DNA of 64,000 nucleotides from Chrysomallon squamiferum. Taxonomy: Eukaryota; Animalia; Mollusca. This document shows positions 14,649-53,387 of this stretch, piece after piece (positions within the stretch are counted from its first letter, which is position 1; every line of letters starts with the position of its first letter). The notes beneath the pieces are model-generated. The model made no database searches and was not told the origin of the DNA. It saw only the letters and a program-made list of their open reading frames with translations. A program made the translations under genes and the position numbers. Location of the stretch: positions 15,066,001-15,130,000 of the forward strand of contig CM022666.1 in assembly GCA_012295275.1 (NCBI GenBank), in the 5' to 3' direction.

Positions 14649-16302
14649 CTATTCAATCTCGTACTTCCCATCAGGCTTTGTGGAAGTCTTAGGGAAGCTG
14701 GGACTGTCAGCGTTCATGGATGCCATGGAGTACGCTGTGGCAGCGTTGTTCATGACGACGGAAGTGCTGGGCCTTTGCTCCATGCTGTCCTGGAGATTGT
14801 CCTGGAGATGGTCTCCGAATGAGTCCGTCATGCTGTACAGAAGCTTCTCTTTCATCGTCAGAGTTCTCTTGGTGTGTTTGGGTTTCCGGAGTTCAGGGAC
14901 ACCATCTCTGGCGTGAACGATGTCCCGAACAGACGTATTCTGAAGCAGAAAAGCGTATGGTTACAGAGAAAATTGATTGTTCGTGACGAATGCTTTTATT
15001 ATCTTGTTCTTTCTAATTTCATTTTATACAGCAATGTGCACAAATAATACAAAAGACAAGCCAACTACGATAATTTAGATGAATATGAATGCATTTGTTT
15101 ATCATGAGTAATTAGAAATTTACAAACTTATAATGCAGTGATATAATATTTCTGTAAGTTAAAAACATTTTATATAGTGACTGTGCACTACGAAAACAGA
15201 TAAAATCAGGTTAACTAATATTTTAAAAGTTCACTCTGATGGAAACAGAAATAGTTTACCTCTGAACTATAAAAACCGTGATGATGACAACTGCTGAAAG
15301 AACGTCCACTGTTACCCACAAAGTCAAGTAACTGTTTGGTGACTGGAAAAAAACAAACAAACACATTACTTACTAACATTCAGCTGGACAGACAGACATA
15401 TATGTGTTACATGGATGTGTGTATATGTGAAACTTTTATCTGCTACAGTTAAGATATAATTCTGATCTACAATCTGCCCATAACAGTATGAGAAAAGATC
15501 CAGATTTCAGAAGCATTTTGGATTTTGGAATACAACAAGACATACTGAAAGCAGGCCTCACATCTAAGACACAGAATCCTTTTAGAGCTGACTTAAAAAC
15601 TTACACATGTTTATACAAGTATCCTGAAGACAGCTGTAAACAATATTTTAAACAACTCTGTGCATGAAGCTAAGTGTGTGTGTATTACGAATCACAGAAA
15701 GGCATGCTTCAATATTACAGCACCTGCTCAAACACTTTTTGATTTCAGAGATAACCAATTTCAAAATGTTTTGATATTAAATGCTCAGTGTATAAACATT
15801 TTAAAATTTACTAAACGCCGCTCTGTACCTCTTGTAGACAGCATGAAGTTACATGTTCTGACAGTGAAAGAGTAAAACTTACCAAGTGCCACACAGGGTC
15901 TGCTATAGAGTGCATGAGGTCGCATCTGTCTGAGGTGACTGAGGAGACTCCCATGCACCAGTAGAGGGAGAAGAACCACTTGGAGTTCACCAGGTAGATG
16001 TTTATTGATATGTTAGCTTCCTGGTACTCTCTGGAAATATTTTTAAAAAAACGTTCTCTAAAACATTCTTAAAAAACATTCAGATTTACCTCATTTATTT
16101 ATCATAATAATACATATTTACAAATGTTGTCGATGATATATCTTACATGAAAAACATAAAAATATATGTCAAATAATCCATTAATCCATCTACATATTTA
16201 TCTACATTCAGTTACTTGGCTATTTTTCTTTTTATTATAAATAAATTTAAAATTATACATCATATTTTAAAAAGGTCCCTTACTCTAAAAAAAAAAGGAA
16301 AA

Positions 16303-16343
<41 letters not shown>

Positions 16344-18515
16344 TGAAAAAAAAAAAAAATAATAATACTACTAATACTACTAATAATAAATTTACCAAAA
16401 CAGAAAAGTACTGATTAGATATATTTACCATACACCGTAATTTAACAAGTGTTTGTTAACGAATGGTTTTAAAGACTAGGTTGTTCAGGTTTACCTGATG
16501 TTGGCCATTGAGAAGTCTCCGTAGTTCACATTAACAACTGTCAAGTTCTTCTCTTTCATCTCTGTCACTGGGTGGTAGCGTGTGGCCACATTCGTCACAC
16601 CTTCTGGACTCGGCACATCTCCCATTTCCTCAAACCACCAAACCTGAAATCAGCATCAGTTTACTCAGAACATCCATCATTCATCTTAGTTTTCTTGTTA
16701 TTAGTGGTGGAAAGGTTTGACAAAGTGGGATGAAGAAATAATAATAACAACAGGTGCATGTAGAGAGAGAGAGAGAGGGAGAGCGAGAGAGAGGGAGAGG
16801 GAGGAGAGGGGGGAGAGAGAGGGAGAGAGAGAGAGGGAGAGAGAGAGAGAGGGCAGAGAGAGAGAGAGAGAGAAACGATATCCATGCTCTGATTTCTGTG
16901 TATTAAAATGAGTAATAAGGTTGATTTCTATGTATTAAGTACTCACTTTTTTAAACCCCAGACTTTGATTTCTAAGCATTTAGATGATTATCTACATTTT
17001 TGAGTACTGGGCAATGATTTCTACATATCAATGTGAGAACTCAACTTTCTGAGACCAGACTTTGGTTTCTAAGTATTAAGGTGAGTACTCATAGTTCTAA
17101 GTATTAAGGTGAGCACTCACAGTTTCTGTATTATGGTGAGCACTCACAGTTCTAAGTATTAAGGTGAGTACTCACATTTCTGAGAGCCAGACTCTGGTTT
17201 CTGATCACTTTGACAGTCAGGTTCACGCAGCTGTCGTGGTATGGGTGTCTCTTTGTGGGACAGAACAGGTCAAAGAGGAGGATGGCACCAGCTCTGCGAG
17301 TGATGTTCACTAAATCGGACAGAACTGCGACACTCTGGTTGGAAACGTTCGTCCTCTCCTCATCAGTCAAAGAACCAGCCGACCACATTGGATTGTTCTG
17401 AAACACGCACAAAAAGTTCAAGACCATTTTTTACATGGGACTTCGTTAAGCACCAGATCAAAAATACAATATTATTCGAGATAATTAACACAGAAGTTTC
17501 ATACCAACATGCAGACAGTCTGTCAGAGGCTCACACATACTTACAGACAAGTATTACAATGTCTGGAATAGTTCAGTTTTACCTAATATGTGAGTAAACT
17601 GTGGTGAAATACGAAGCCTCTGAAGATGGAAGATGTGTTAAAATTCACAACAGTGCTACATCTCCAGAGATGTTGACAGAAATATTGTTCAGAATACACT
17701 TTAATTAACAAATTTATGTAAAGGAAAAACAAATGATCAACATTTAAAATTAAAAAGTTTATATAAACATATCAAGAAGTGCTGAGAATAAATAGTTATA
17801 TTCTTAAAAACCAATTTAATAAAAATAATAATAGTAAAATGTTACTATAGCAGTAAACATAGTTTTAGAAACAGATACAGAATATTGAAATAAACATTTA
17901 AATTTGTAACTTTCTGAATATTTATATAGCTGCACTGTAAAAACAAAAAACAATAAAAATTAATAATTTACATATTAAAATAGACCTTTAAAAACTAATT
18001 TAAATTTTAATATAAATACTTATTTAGTTATATGTATCAATGTATGTAAAAAAAAATAAAAAATAAAAAAAATAAAAAAATATATATATAAAATAAAAAA
18101 ATATAAAATAAATTATAATAATAAAAATTAAAATAAATATAATAAAATAAACATATAAATACAATAACTTTTAAAAACCAGTTTAAACTTTTGAATAAAT
18201 ATTCATTCATGGAAAACAAAAACAAAAAAAAATTAAAAATTAAAATAAACATTTAAATAAACAAACTTTTAAAAACCAGTTTCCTGCATTCAGTTGTTTC
18301 AGCTGTGAAATGTTGAAAAAAGATGCTTCAAGATCTATTAATTCAGGGTAAACATCGGCTACATTGGTTGTACGTCGCAAAGTGGAATCATGCATCAAAA
18401 ATGGCACGCCATCGTAACTGGATGAAAAAATAGAAATAATATTTAAAACAAATCAATATTATTATTATTGCTGCTGATCATCAATATTTTTATCATCAGG
18501 ATTATCTTTATTGTA

Positions 18516-18548
<33 letters not shown>

Positions 18549-18758
18549 CATGCATTACGATTAGCATTATTATTATTTATGAATTTATAATTATATTTTG
18601 TTAGCAAAGGTTTGATAATCAAATATAAATAAAATAACGCTGATGAGAGAAGTACAATAACAAAGTTTGTAGTAAATAAATAAATAAATTAAAAGATATG
18701 ACCGAAAAATTAAAACAATAATACACAAACAATAATAAAAATAATAATAAAAATAATA

Positions 18759-18798
<40 letters not shown>

Positions 18799-19993
18799 TA
18801 ATAATAAAAACAATAACAATATCTTTAAATTCAAATACGTGTCAAAAGAATCATAAAATTCTTTTTTAAAAATTCACAAAAAAACACACACAAAAGCACC
18901 AGTGACTTGTTAGTTAGAATTTTACTAAAATAAACCAGACCGATGATATTAAATCATTCACCTGATTCGAACATCTGTTTCAAATCCAAACACCTCATAT
19001 TTTACAGCATTTTCAAATGATACAATTGTATTTTCTGGAAATATCTAAAAGAAAAAAAAAAACAAGAAAAGAAAATAAACATTGAGGAAAATATTTATTA
19101 TTTCTATCAGTGTGTACTTTTTTATTTTTTTTTTAAAGACATGAAACATACTTTAGCTTCTGAAGACGTAATATCTGTTTGTAAATCCATTTGTCTGTAT
19201 ATCATACATGCAAAGACTGACGTTAATCATTTCTACTACATTATGCAGATAAATTTTAATGCATTTTAAATTTGACTTTTTTAAAAATATTCAATTATAC
19301 TAATTAAGCAAGTTAAATTTCACTGCATAAAAATATAAAAATATCTTACTGTTTACTTAACTGCCAAATGTACTTGCTTTTGTAACTTTGATGTTTTCAA
19401 TTTTACTGTTTGTGTGTTTGACTGTACTGTTTATGTGTTTTCAACTTTCCTCTTTATGTATGTTCAATTTTATTGTTTGTGTGTCAGTTTTACTGCTTAT
19501 ATAAGTATTAAATGTAGGCAGTACAGGTGTTAAACCGTAATGTTTAAATAAAACATTAAATTTAAATGTAATAAATAAAACGTTAAATTTTAATGTAATA
19601 AATAAAACGTTAAATTTTAATGTCATAAATAAAAAGTTAAATTTTAATGTGTAAATAAAAAGTTAAAGTCTACTCACTGAAGAAGCACCCTGATGAGCAA
19701 TGACCTTTGGTTTTGGTGGCAAGTTTGTGACATGGACAACACAAGGCGACTGGATGTACAGTGGGGATATGTACAGACCAATCATTAAGGCAGAGAACAT
19801 GAACAACCAGAACAACTTTAACACTGGAAATAAACAGTAATAACAATGATGATGATGATGATGATGAAAATAATAATAACAACAATGATAATAATAATAG
19901 TACTAATAACAACAAGAATAAGACAAAAGTTCTAATTATGATAATTATAATAATAATAATAATAACAATAATAATAGTAATAAAAACAATAAT

Positions 19994-20034
<41 letters not shown>

Positions 20035-20109
20035 TAACAATTAGTAGTAGTCGTAATAATAATAAAAATGCTGATACTGCCTCTGCAGGAACCACTACTG
20101 CATTTTTTT

Positions 20110-20145
<36 letters not shown>

Positions 20146-20472
20146 TTATATGTAACCAAGATAAGTGTGCATGTGCAGGGGTGTGTGCTAAATTTTTTTT
20201 ACACTTTTTTCTTTCTACATGTGTTTCAAGAATGTAATATCCCTTTTAAAATAATAAAAATATTTTTTAAAATTAGCAACCATGTAGTACTGTTTAGATC
20301 ATTTAACATCAGTAATTTCTAAATGTGTATAATCCAAAAAGATAATCTATGCCTGATCATTTTACACAGCAAGCTGAATATTTTGCATATTAAAACTAGA
20401 AAAAATATAATTGTTTATGAGTTTGTCAAATTCTTACACATTATAGTTTTTAAATGTTTAAATGGTGAATCA

Positions 20473-20541
<69 letters not shown>

Positions 20542-23514
20542 AATAAATAAATAAATAAATTATAAATTATAAACAAAAAATACATAAATAAAAAGTTATT
20601 AAAAAAAAATTAATAATTCTTTTTAACTAGAAACAATTATGATAATTTTATTTGGGCGAAAAAAAAGAACAAATAAACAAAATAAAAAGGTATAAACGTT
20701 AATAACAATTAATCTTTTTGATGTGCTTTGGACTAAAATCAGTTTTAAGACAAACCACAAGATGACAGACGGAACCACTGAGATGAAATTATCCACGACA
20801 ACATCGTCATCAATCCAACAGCACCAATATGGAGGAAAGGACCTGTTACCTGTAAATACACAAAAGATTTCAACATTTATTATTATCATTTATAACAGGC
20901 TAATCTGCAGTAGTATCTTTACTTTTCTACATTACAAGTTTTCAAGCCATTTTATTATAAAGTTATATTATAAATATCAATTTAAAATAAATATAAAATA
21001 ATATAACATATGTATGACAATTTTGTAAAATAATTCATATTGTTGGGTACAGCATTTGTCAAATAAAGAATGGGGGTCACCATACAAAATATTATTTGAT
21101 CATACCGCTACTGAAAACAATGTAACAAAAAAAAAACCAAAAAACAAACATATCAAAGTGTTATTTACATGTCATTTATTTTCTTTGGAAAAAGGAAGAA
21201 ATACTGACCTGCAGTGATAAATAAAGAGTAGACCATTCGCTGTACCAGAGATTTTCAACCATTACTGTTGTAGCAACGATGCCGGTAAGAATTAAAATGA
21301 TGAAGATTTTGTGAATGACGTGAATGTACATTTGATGACCATGCAACACATGACTGAAACACAAAATCTGAAACACAAAAAAAACAAAAAACATAAGAAG
21401 ACGTTTTACAGTGATAAACATACTGGTTTAAATAACAAAACATATACAAGAATATAATTATATAATAAATAGGAAAAATAATAATACAGCATTAAGTAAC
21501 AAGCTAATTCTTATTAATAGTGAAATGGAAATCACTACATACTTAGAGTGATAAATATCTGAATTACATATTACATATTGTACATGAACTAAGCAAATAT
21601 AATCTTTGATACATCAGTCAGTCTAACTAGCATTGTGAGTGACCCTACACACCCTACCTGTCCCACCTATATGCCCTGTACTACAGGGGTCACATTATCA
21701 GTTGTTCCTGAACACAGACAAACAGACAAACAGACTTTGATGCACACCCTAAAAACAAATGTTGACAAAAAAAACAACATCCTGGTTTGTTTTCAGAAAT
21801 GTATGTTTAATCCTTTATTTTCGTCATTATTGTGTTTTAATGTACAGTCAGTGTTATTACAATATTATTTACTTCTTTAATAAACCTATTATTAGGACCA
21901 GCCAATTCAGAAGCAAATGAGCATACATACAAGGTTAAAAATGAACTGGAAAAAAAACAAATCAATAATACTATCTCTGTACGTGTAACATAAATGTACC
22001 TTTCTCTCCTTTCTGTGCTTGTATTTACTATATTGAGAGTTCTGTTATTGTATCAAAAAGAAAATGTTTTCATTACCTGAAATTAAACTTACCATAATTA
22101 TAAGTAAATAAGTAAATGAAGCACAGGCAAAACCGAGAAAAATTGTGTACCACGGAATCCAGTTTCCTAGATGCATGTACATGAACCTGGATAAAGAGAA
22201 ACATGGTAATACTAGTTATACAATAATACCTCTACAAATAAATTATATAATAACAACATAAGTTATTTATCAGAAAATACTTTTGTAACTAAAAATGTGA
22301 AATATAAAATAACAAAACAATATTGATTTTCCCTAAACAATACATTTAACGATTTGTAAATGAAAGCATGGAAATAAAAAATAACCAAATAGTAATTTTA
22401 TTTACTCTGTAATACTTTTAAAAATAAAAACCTGGAAATAAATAAAAACAAAAAAAAACAACTTTATTTGCACAAATATATAGTTATAAATAAAAATATG
22501 CAAATGCAATTTAACTAAATAATAAATCAATAAATATTAACGTGGAAGAGTATGTATGTATGAATATATTCCTCTTAACGCAAGTTTTTCAAACGAAACT
22601 TTCTTACATCGCCGAATTTCAAAATGCTTGAATTTTGTTGTTTTGTTTGTGGGATATTAAAGATATTTTTTTACTCACCAATTTAAATTATTAAAGCTGT
22701 TTTTTGTAACAAGCCAGAAGTATAAAGTAAACACCATGTACAGGAATGTGAAAGTCAGCACACAAAACCAAAACAAATCTCTCTGAAATACAAAAACTTT
22801 TGTCTTTAAACATCTACCAGAAACATCCATGTTTTAATAACTGTATTACTACACTTACTCTGTACCTTTGAAGAAACAGTAAACATATATCTACATTTTA
22901 ATAACAACACAATTTTATTAGACTTCACTTTTATGTGTAATTTTAAGAAAAATCTGATGTATATATGTAAGCAGGTAATCCTTCACTTTTCTTTTGTATA
23001 ATTCTTTTTTTTTGTTTTGGCCTCTGAATACCACAAGTTAAAACAGGGACCTATTGTCAACTTAGTTTACTAATAGTTAGTAGACAATGAAATCCGACTT
23101 ATAGCCTTGCAGTTATAATGGAAATATGTCTGTATTATATACATATTTTTTATTTTTATTTTTTTCAATTTGTGTTCATTCTTTCTCTTTTTTTTTTTGG
23201 TTCACCTTGTTTTTTTCTTAAAAATTGAAATGTCGACAGACCAGCATATTCATTAATTAAACAGAATAAAGTGGTTTGACTCTTTACTCGATTACAATAT
23301 AAAAAAAAATCTAACCATATGTAAATTATGTTTTCTGAAAACAAAAACAGAAAGAAAAACATCTGATTTTAAGAAATAACTTTCAGGACGTGAATTTTAC
23401 CTTGCGACTGTCTCTTGTTGACTGCTTGTAACGATGCCATCTACATCCAAGCAGTCCCGTCATGCAAACGAGGCAATAGTTGTGACGGTAGTATTGAAAC
23501 TTTGTGTGATTCAT
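14649..23514 (-). CDS. GDPD5: Glycerophosphodiester phosphodiesterase, GDE2/GDPD5-like (GDPD2/4/5 family), 13 coding exons
   Basis: Minus-strand exons 23514-23401, 22782-22679, 22186-22093, 21367-21209, 20849-20756, 19823-19678, 19044-18962, 18417-18267, 17397-17176, 16643-16495, 16030-15883, 15342-15260, 14939-14649, all AG/GT and phase-consistent. Translation: MNHTKFQYYRHNYCLVCMTGLLGCRWHRY..., TM helices, [69 protein letters not shown], final TM, MKEKLL. This matches the GDPD5 layout as I recall it. One base is apparently missing near 14880-14886. Confidence 0.92.
16890..17200. repeat. Short tandem repeat duplicating a GDPD5-like exon end and 5' splice site
   Basis: ~28-29-bp units TTCTAAGTATTAAGGTGAG(T/C)ACTCACAG, plus degenerate copies of the exon end (TTTCTGAGA(G)CCAGACT(C/T)TGGTTTCT at ~17046 and ~17177). 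Confidence 0.75.
19540..19668. repeat. 27-bp AT-rich tandem repeat (~4-5 copies)
   Basis: TAATAAATAAAACGTTAAATTTTAATG units abutting a GDPD5-like donor site. Confidence 0.8.
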
Positions 23515-24078
23515 TTTTTGTTAATCAATTCTCAGTTTTATTAACTACTGTTTCTTCTAAAATCACACAGCCTCATATTTAAAATATTTTTTTTCTTCTT
23601 TTCATTGGAAAGTATATGCATCTGAAACAGGAAGAATGTCAATGTCAAGAATATAATTAATATTATTATTATTATAATTAAAATTATTATTATTATAATT
23701 GTTGTTGTTGCATTGTATGTACTGATACCCTCCTTATTTCACAGTTTTTTTTCATTATTCAAATTCTTCTTATGTTGAAACTAATCATGCACATTTCTTT
23801 TGAAAATATGAGTCTTTTCTAAGGTTATAAACAAATGTAGACACATATATTAATTTATATTTGTAGTAACACACTTACGTTTCTGTTGTGAAATAACATA
23901 TCCACAAAGATATTCATTTATTATTATTATCATTATTATTTTTATATTTTAAATTAATTTTACACATTTTTACTGAACCCTAGTCAAACTACATGATAAA
24001 AATAAAAAGAACACTAAAAACCAATGGTTACTGCTAAAAATAGTATGAGGTTTAATGTCAGTGAATCAAGTTGATCTT

Positions 24079-24115
<37 letters not shown>

Positions 24116-24499
24116 GAATTTATAAAATCAGATGTAATTATTTCAGACTAAGTTATAAAAGCACATATTATTAACTGAGAAGTTTCTTTATGTTTATCTT
24201 AATATTTTATAATAAAACTTTTGTTCAAATTTGGAGTCCTATTAAAAAAAAAAATCTAAGTATAATGTATGTTCATAATGTTGTATCCTGTATCGTGTAT
24301 AAGAATGTCTTTCAATTTTGTATCGGATATGATCAGGCGAGCATGTCTTTCTTTAAATATAACAATACAGATATAGAAAAATAAATTTTAGTATTTTTAG
24401 TAGGTTTACATTTTGTAACTCTGAATGAAATTAAAATAAAGAATTTTTTTTAAAAATCTCTTTCACACTAAAAAAAAATTAAAAATAAAATGTCATGTA

Positions 24500-24600
24500 C
24501 TCACGCAATGCCTCTTGACAATGAAACAATTTAACCTGTCGCCATTTTGGAATGTCATGAAGGTCACAGGTCGAATTCATTTGGTTTTGGTTTCGAGTTG
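24500..24600 (-). promoter_or_regulatory. Probable first non-coding exon/TSS region of the GDPD5-like gene with YY1-type motif
   Basis: Minus-strand AAAATGGCG at 24548-24540 and a GTGAGT donor after 24505; acceptor of the ATG-containing exon at ~23622. CpGs become more frequent from here onward. Confidence 0.55.
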
Positions 24601-25750
24601 TCTCCCTTCATAACAGGTTAAATGTTTCACTTATTTTTTGTCCTGTATGGATTTAGGAAACGCCAAATCATTTAAAAGAGAAGCTACATTTACATAGATT
24701 TAATTTTTTATTAGATGAAACTAAATAATTATCATATCTTCTTCATGTATATGGTACGCGTATTCGTGCATACGGACTAGATACTCCATCATGAATTTTT
24801 TTCTCCAGTGTAATTGATAGATTAATATTTAAAATCATGTTTAAACATCAACTTAAGATTCACTTATTAAATAAAGCCTAGATCGAAATTGTTATAAATT
24901 TAGTTTACTTACATTGGAAAATATATCGAAACACAGCCATAAATTAATTACATAACGAGGTATTTCGTGAATTAATGTACCAACATTGTAAAGATAATAA
25001 TTAGCAATGGTAATAAAGCTAATTTTAGGGTATTTACTTAGATGTATTATTAAAAAAAAATGTATGAAAAAAAAAAAAAAATAGCCTGAATTTAGAAATT
25101 CATCACTTTATTACATAAACACTACAAAGCTTTTCAAATATAGATTTTTTTTTCATGAATACTTCATTTCTTTAACTGGTAGAGATAATTATAATGTTCG
25201 ATTTGACGAAACTGCTTGTTTTCCTCTGTTTGCACGCAAAGGTCAAGAACATGTTGTGCAGCTGAAACGATTGCTTAGCGCACTGCAGTAATAGCTATTT
25301 ATAACTTGAAATTGTATGTGCTGATTACGCAAGAGACCGTTCATTTATTTTTTAGTAGTTTGGTAGATATTTCAATACCAGTTATTAAAAAATATACAAT
25401 TAAAGAAAATAGAAATTAGAAAGAACATTATTAACTCGCATTTAATTGTAATTTTATTAAATCGCATTTAAGTTGTTTTTGTTACCATCTCTCTCTCTCT
25501 TCTCTCTCTCTCTCTCTCTCTCTCTCGATGTGTATAAATACCCGTTTTCGAGACGATATTATCGAATACGATATCTCAAGTCTTTTTTATTCGAAAAATA
25601 TAATTTGTCCACCAAGAGAAGGTGTGTGCTTTGCAGACTAAGCGGAAACACACACACACACACACACACAATGGTATCAATGGGTACCATTATATATCAG
25701 TATTACCAATGGTATCAATGGGTATTCTTTCTTTCTTTTTCATCATCATC

Positions 25751-25799
<49 letters not shown>

Positions 25800-26204
25800 A
25801 AAGAAAACATTAAACCACCTATTAACACTGTTTTTATGTCATTTTATTGTTTTAAAACAAAAACAGTAGTAGTAATAATAAAATATCCCGAGGATCGTTA
25901 AACTAGGACATGTCTCATTTTCAAAGCATCAGTGTGAGCTTTTCATTTACAAAAAAAGTTACAAATGAGATCGAAATAGACACCTTCGACATCATAACCA
26001 ACTAGGACATCTTCCACTGTGACGAGAACAAAATGCCAATTAAGACTGAGGGTCTTCTCTTTTCATCATAGACGTTCAATTCACCGAGAAAGATCCACAG
26101 AGGCCATTTAACCATTGTCACATCTTCTCTTACGCATCACCTTTTTCAGGATAGCTACCATAGACACATGCAGATATACTCAGTGTCTAACTGCGTTTGT
26201 AAGA

Positions 26205-26236
<32 letters not shown>

Positions 26237-26520
26237 CAACAACAACAACAACAACACTTTGATGTCATTGAGTTTGCTGGGAAATGGTTTTTGATGGTGT
26301 TCCAAGAATACTGGAGGAAACACCATCCAATAAGACCGAAATTCCACCAGATCAGACCACGCTAACCAGTATGTTTAGTATTTATAAATATAAGAATACA
26401 GACCTACTGGTATTGTGTATTAAATAGAATAGATGAAGAGGGTTTCTGTTGGTTAAACAACACGACTAAAAGCTTGCAATGACTTTAAATGCCTCTCTGT
26501 TACCGCTTTAGAAGGGACGA

Positions 26521-26528
26521 TGACGTCA
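26521..26528. promoter_or_regulatory. Perfect CRE palindrome TGACGTCA ~90 bp upstream of the Ig-receptor ATG
   Basis: Exact match. Further copies at 27103, 28166, 33170 and 43279. Confidence 0.4.
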
Positions 26529-26614
26529 TGGTCAAACGATTCGTTCGACACAAAGAATATGTTTAACATTAGAATATCAAACGCGAATGTTGATGATCTG
26601 TGTATTTTGTTACA

Positions 26615-51018
<24,404 letters not shown>

Positions 51019-51062
51019 GTGAGTATATGTTTGTTATTTATTTTATTTGCATGTTGGGCTGT

Positions 51063-51097
<35 letters not shown>

Positions 51098-51246
51098 TTT
51101 GTTTATTTATTTATTTGATTGTTTGTTTGGTTGTTTACTAATATTATATTTTCATTTTAAATTATTTTACTTGAAATCTTTTCCTTCAAATCTTCTTCAT
51201 CAAGTATAAAATATATATATTTTTTTAAATAATAAATTAATTCATT

Positions 51247-51305
<59 letters not shown>

Positions 51306-52585
51306 TGTGTGCATATTTCTTTGATTTGTTGCTTTTTGTATATCTTTTTCTAGAACTTCAATTAAACTTATTTATATACTACATTAGCATTCATTTTATT
51401 ACTAGTACTATATTACTGTTGTTATTGTTATCATTATCATTATCATCATCTTCTTTCTATTGAAAACTGTCTATAAACACCTGTGCTCAAACAATAACAT
51501 AATTAGGACTTTTATTCATGAACATAAATGTGTAATAAATATAAAAGAGAAATTAATTAATTGCAGAGCCGGAAGAAAAGATATAACCTTGCTGAGCTAT
51601 GGCAGTCAGTTGAAAAAACACAGTCAGGGTTGGAAATGGACAAAATTGCTCATGTTATTATTTTTATTTATTTATTTTATTTATTTATTTATTTTTAATT
51701 AATTTAATTTAATTTATTTATTTCATTTATTTTAAATTTTTTTATCTTTTTTTTTAATTTTTTTTAATTTTTTTTTTTTTTTTTTTCGGCACTTTATTCC
51801 TCTAAGCATACATTTTTTTTTTTTTTTTTTTTTTCGGTTTAATTTCCATGGAAACCAATGTGATCACATTTGCTGTGCAAATGTATTAAAGAAACATCTT
51901 AATTTATTACCGACGTATTTCTAGCAGTTTAATGTTATTCTTTATCAAAGGATAATAATTTTAATTTGCGCTGTAACATATCACTCAGTTGTAATTAATT
52001 CATAAACTTTTCTGTGTGTATATTATTTGTTTATTTATTGTGTTGGAAATAATGATGTCTAATAGCTTACATCCTTTGCTGACAAATAATAATTAATAAC
52101 TGACCAGAAGACATTAATCTTTTAAAATATTGAAGCCATTGTAGCTTGACTATGAACAAAATGTCTTCATATTTACTTAAATTTTTAGATTATTTACCAT
52201 ATCTAAATGTATGATGTTGTTTAATTATGAATGAAGTGTCATAAAAATACCTTTTTGTATTTTCGTTTTATTTACTGTCTTCAGAATGTGACTGGGTGAT
52301 AATAAAATTTTACAATAATGTAAAAGATTTGTCTCAGTTTATTTCATTTCTGAATTTCAGAGATCTTGACTTCAGGAAAGTGTAAGATGAAATTGTGGTA
52401 TATTACACTTTGAAAACAGTGCGCACAAATTTTACACAAGCAGATATATAAATACATGCCACATAACAACACACAAATACAGGACGTAATCAAAGACACT
52501 GAAAACGACTGAAAAGAATTTCTGTGAAAAAAGAATTTATTTCAAACAACCTTGATCAGTTTGAATGAATAATGACTAAAGGCAA

Positions 52586-52640
<55 letters not shown>

Positions 52641-53348
52641 AATAAATAAATGACAAAATGCAAAATAAAATAAACAAATGTTGTAGAATGATAAATTATA
52701 TAATTTATATTAAAAATAACTAAAATAACAAAATAAATTAATAAACAAATAAGTACATTAATTAATAATGAAAAACACAACTGATAAACAGAATAAAATA
52801 AATTATAAAAGAGGATTAAATATATTTTAAATAAATAACTAAATAAGAAAAATAAGAAAATAAGAAACATATAATCAATTTATAGATAAGTATATAACGA
52901 GCGCAATTTTAGTAAATAAATAATACTTAAAAAATACAAAATAAATTACAATAAATAAATAATTTAAATGCATAAATATGTAAAATTAAATAAACAAAAA
53001 AATATAAATAAATAGAATTTTAATTAATTTAGAAAAAGATATATCTATATCAAAATATAATGTTAAAATAAAGAAAGAAATTCGAAAAATAAAAATCTTA
53101 ATAAATAAATAATGAAGAACATTCTAATAAAGAAAATCGTAAAAACGAAAGAAAATTATTAATAAATGAATAAATCTTTAAGAAAATCAAACAACAAATT
53201 AATAAATAAATAAAGAAAAAATACAAATATTAGTAAAGAAAAATAATACCTATATAAAAATAAATATATCTTCAGTAAAAAAAAAAATAATAAATAGAAG
53301 TATCAGTAAGAAATAATTTGGTTCAATTAAAAAAAGATTAAAAAAAAA

Positions 53349-53387
<39 letters not shown>

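Noticed and set aside
26268-26370. Possible SINE fragment upstream of the receptor
   Set aside because: Only a vague resemblance; no A/B boxes or target-site duplication could be identified.
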